DNA of 64,000 bases from the NCBI RefSeq assembly GCF_020745735.1, contig NC_083444.1, positions 7,260,338 through 7,324,337 of the forward strand. Direction: 5' to 3'. Source of the stretch: Hemiscyllium ocellatum (taxonomy: Eukaryota). The notes under the pieces are model-generated. The model was given only the letters and a program-made list of their open reading frames with translations, ran no database searches and was not told where the DNA came from. Each line of letters begins with the position of its first letter. Position 1 is the first letter of the stretch. Of this stretch, positions 60,422 through 64,000 are shown piece by piece. The translations under genes and the position numbers were made by a program.

Positions 60422-61110
60422 TTCCTCCCTCACCTCCATCCAAGGCCCTAAAGGAGCCTTCCACATCCATCAAAGTTTTACCTGCACATCCACCAATGCC
60501 ATTTATTGTGTCCGTTGCTCCCGATTCAGTCTCCTCTACACTGGGGAGACTGGACGCCTCCTAGCAGAGCGCTTTAGGGAACATCTCTGGGACACCCGCA
60601 CCAATCAACCACACCGCCCTGTGGCCCAACATTTCATCTCCTCCTCCCACTCTGCCGAGGACATGCAGGTCCTGGGCGTCCTCCATCACTACTCCCTCCA
60701 CCACCTGACACCTGGAGGAAGAACACCTCATCTTCCGATCTGGAACACTCCACCCCAGGACATCAGTCTGGACTTCACCAGTTTCCTCATTTCCCCTCCC
60801 CCCACTTTACCCAGTTCCAATCTTCCAGCTCAGCACTGTCCTCATGACCTGTCCTACCTGCCAATCTCTCTTCCCACCTATCCACTCCACCCTCCCATTC
60901 TGACCTATCACTTCCACCCCCACCCCCATTCACCTATTGTACTCTTTGCTACCTTCTCCCCAGCCATTCCCCCCCCCCCCCCCCACAATTTGTCTCTCCA
61001 CCCTGGAGGCTCCCTGCCTCTATTCCTGATGAAGGGCTTATGCCCGAAACATCGATTTTCCTGCTCCTTGGATGTTTCCTGACCTGCTGTGCTTTTCCAG
61101 CACCACTCTA
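60422..61110 (+). mobile_element. Penelope-like element 3' portion (GIY-YIG) with hammerhead remnant at 61026-61053
   Basis: FTCTSTNAIYCVRCSRFSLLYTGETGRLLAERFREHL; CTGATGAAGGGCTTATGCCCGAAACATC. Confidence 0.88.
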
Positions 61111-61997
61111 ATCTAAAAACTGCTGAGGCTCTGGTCAGACCACATTTGGAACACCGTGAGCAGTTTTGGACCCCGTATCTTAGGGAGGATGTGCTGGCCT
61201 TGGAGGGACATCTCAAGGGGGTTTACAAAAATGATCCCAGGAATGAAGGGCTTGTCATGTGGGGAGCAGTCAAGGACTCTGGGTCTGTACCCAATGGGGT
61301 TTAGAAGGTGGGTGGGATTTGTTTGAAACGTATAGAATACCGAGAGGCCTGGATAGAGTGGACGTGGAGCAGGTCCATGGGAGCCCCAAACTAGAGGGCA
61401 TAGGTTTAGGGTGCAAGGGAAAGATATAAGAGGGACATATGGGGCACCCTTTTCACGATAGAATGAGCTGCCAGAGGAAGTGGTGGCGGCTTGTACGATT
61501 ACAACAGTTATAAGGCATCTGGATTGGTATGTGAATAGGGAGGGTTTAGAGGGATATGGGCCAGATGCTGGCAGATGGGACTAGATTGGGTTGGGATATC
61601 TGGTCGGCATGGACACGTTAGACCGATGGGTCTGTTTCCGTGCTGTACATCTCCATGACTCTCTGACTTTAAGCTGTTCCCGCCGATAGGAGAGACTCAG
61701 GCCTGAGGGCACAGCCTCAGGGTGAAGGGATGGACTGAGATGGGGAGCAATTTCTTCAGCCAGAGGGTGGTGACTCTGTGGATCTCATGGCCAGAGAGGG
61801 CTATGGGGGCCAAGTCACTGAGTGTCTTTAAGACAGAGATAGGGAGGTTCCTGGTTGGTAAGGGGGATGGAGGGTCACGGGGAGAATGGGATTGGGAACC
61901 ATGATGGCATGGCATGGCAGGGCAGAGATAATGGGCTGAATGGCCTCATTCTGCTCCTAGCTCTCTGACTGGGAGTGAGATTGTGATTTGTTTCCAG

Positions 61998-62176
61998 CAC
62001 AGTGCTGCCTGGTCATTTTTGTCCTGCTGTTCCTCACCGATTACTGGTATATCGCTGCGATTTATGCCGGATGGTTACATTTGGACCGGGAGACGCCAAG
62101 GAGCGGGGGTCGGAGGTCAGCCTGGGTCCGGAGTTGGGCGGTGTGGCGGTACTTTCGTGACTACTTCCCGATCACG
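61998..62176 (+). CDS. MOGAT exon 2 (179 nt); the gene continues beyond the right edge
   Basis: tttccag|CA...ACG|gtaagc; AQCCLVIFVLLFLTDYWYIAAIYAGWLHLDRETPRSGGRRSAWVRSWAVWRYFRDYFPIT, with the DGAT2-family GGR and YFP motifs. Confidence 0.93.
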
Positions 62177-63439
62177 GTAAGCAGCCTTCCCTGCACGGCC
62201 TACCAGCACTCCAGCCCATCACCCTCCTCCTTCTCCTCCTCCTTCCCATCACCCTCCTCCACCCCCCACTGTCTTCTTCCTCCCCCCGACTCTCCTCTTA
62301 CTCCCCCCAGTCTCCTCCTACTACACCACTCTCCTCCTCACCCCCCCACTCTCCTCATTGTCTCTTTTCCCTCCCCCACTCTCCTCATCCTCTCTCTGTA
62401 CTCCCCCCATCCTCACGCACCTTTTATTTTGTTGACAGAGCAAGATCCCACGAGCTGATGGTGGACTAAAGGGGAGATGGGATAGTGGAGGGAAAGTTTT
62501 GAAGGTTTCTGACGAGGGAGGGACGGGGCTGGTGAGGTGTGGAAGGGGCTGTTTTCCCCCAGTGACTGCGAATGGCCCGCCCACCAGGAGGCGCTAGTAG
62601 TCAAGGCTGTGAGTGCTTCGGGGGGGGAAGTTCAGATGGGCGTTCGAGGGGAAGGGAAGGTAAACTCTTGGGGCCAGAGCCTATGGTGGGATTGGGGTGA
62701 GGTTAACAAGGCTGCTCTGCGGGGTAGAAGATGGGCCAATTGGGCACCATTGGCTGGGCTAGCATTCGGTTGCTCCAGAGGGAACCCCAAGAATTGATAC
62801 CTGTCCCTGCAGGCATGGAGTCACGTGTAGGTCCGAGCAGGTAGATTCAATCTCTTCCAGGGGGATTAGCCGACCAGATGGGCTCCAATTTCACAACGGT
62901 CTTCGTTAGTTCAGTTAATTCCAGACTTTGGAGTCAAAGGTCAAGTCCGACCCCTCTCTCTGGGTGGTCTTCACCCATTGGTTTCCAACCAACCCTTCCT
63001 CTGTCCCCCTCCACACCCCCCAGGTTCAGTGTGCAGTTTGCCTCCTATCCCTGAGATCTGGCAGCGATTTAAGAGGGAACGGTGCGGGCATGGGTTGCTG
63101 GAATTGGGAGTGGGCGCGATTGGCATGTCGCTCAGACTTGGCCGAGACAGAGCAGGAGGGGGTTACCGAGGACGACAAAGTCGAGGATAGTCCAGTCAGC
63201 CTGAACGGCTTACCTCTGCTCCCTTGCTACATGCTCTTATATTGAGGGCTCTTGTGGTGCAGTGGTAGTGTCCCCCTCAGAAGGCCCCCATGTTCAAGGT
63301 TAAGGAATTGAGAAGCCTCGAGTCACAGCATATCCAGGCCTGTGATTGGAGCTTACCTTTGTTTGGCCTCAATACTCTGTTTTCTTTGCTTGGAGTCCAC
63401 ACCCAGACTCGAGCAATCAAGTCAGTGAGCACGGATCAA

Positions 63440-64000
63440 AGAGACCTTGGAGTCGTGGGTCGATAGAATAGTGAAGGAGGTGTTTGGTATGCTTTCCTTT
63501 ATTGGACAGAGCATTGAATACAGGAGTTGGGAGGTCATGTTGTGGCTGTACAAGTTTGGCCATTTTTGGAATATTGCATGCAATTCTGGTGTCCTTCCTA
63601 TCGGAAAGATGTTGTGAAACTTGAAAGGGTTCAGAAAAGATTTACAAGGATGTTGTCAGGGTTGGAGGGTTTGAGCTACAGGGAGAGGCTGAACAGGCTG
63701 GGGCTGTTTTCCCTGGAGCGTCGGAGGCTGAGGGGTGACCTTATCGAGGTTTATAAAATCATGAGGGGCATGGATAGGGTAAATAAATTTTCCCTGGGGT
63801 GGGGGAACTAGAGGGCATAGGTTTAGGGTGAGAGGGGAAAGATATATAAAAAAGACTAAAGGGGCAACTTTTTCATGCAGAGGGTAGTATGTGTATGGAA
63901 TGAGCTGCCAGAGGAAGTGGTACAATTGCAACATTCGGATGGGTATATGAATAGGAAGGGTTTGGAGGGATATGGGCCGGGTGTTGGCAGGGACTAGATT
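63440..64000 (+). mobile_element. CR1/HER1 LINE 3' fragment
   Basis: LEYCMQFWCPSYRKDVVKLERVQKRFTRMLSGLEGLSYRERLNRLGLFSLERRRLRGDLIEVYKIMRG. Confidence 0.93.

Overview
Vertebrate genomic DNA, almost certainly an elasmobranch (shark/ray): it is full of HE1-type tRNA/V-domain SINEs with (TCTAA)n tails and HER1/CR1 LINE fragments. Four intron-containing host genes were reconstructed by hand from GT-AG splice sites, phase and protein similarity. (1) PELP1 exons 1-4 on the minus strand, running off the left edge. (2) A complete 5-exon TM4SF5 (+, 199 aa), divergent from PELP1. (3) A complete short CRP/SAP-like pentraxin with two coding exons (-, 237 aa). (4) Exons 1-2 of a MOGAT/DGAT2-family acyltransferase (+), running off the right edge. 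Most of the rest is repeats: SINEs, CR1 and Penelope-like elements, a Tx1-clade LINE, short solo LTRs, several minisatellites, a 1.17-kb tandem duplication and one N gap. Three observations stand out. (a) Short palindromic Penelope-derived insertions carry minimal hammerhead ribozyme cores, and one has both a filled site (15-bp TSD) and its empty paralogous site in this window. (b) About ten Tx1 3' ends plus one deleted Tx1 are stacked at the same ATAAACAGGAGTGT target, in the TATA region of a solo LTR, which suggests a site-specific LINE that parasitises another transposon. (c) A 2.5-kb minisatellite appears to have grown out of the CRE cluster in the PELP1 promoter. Family assignments come from recalled protein and repeat consensus sequences, not from database searches.
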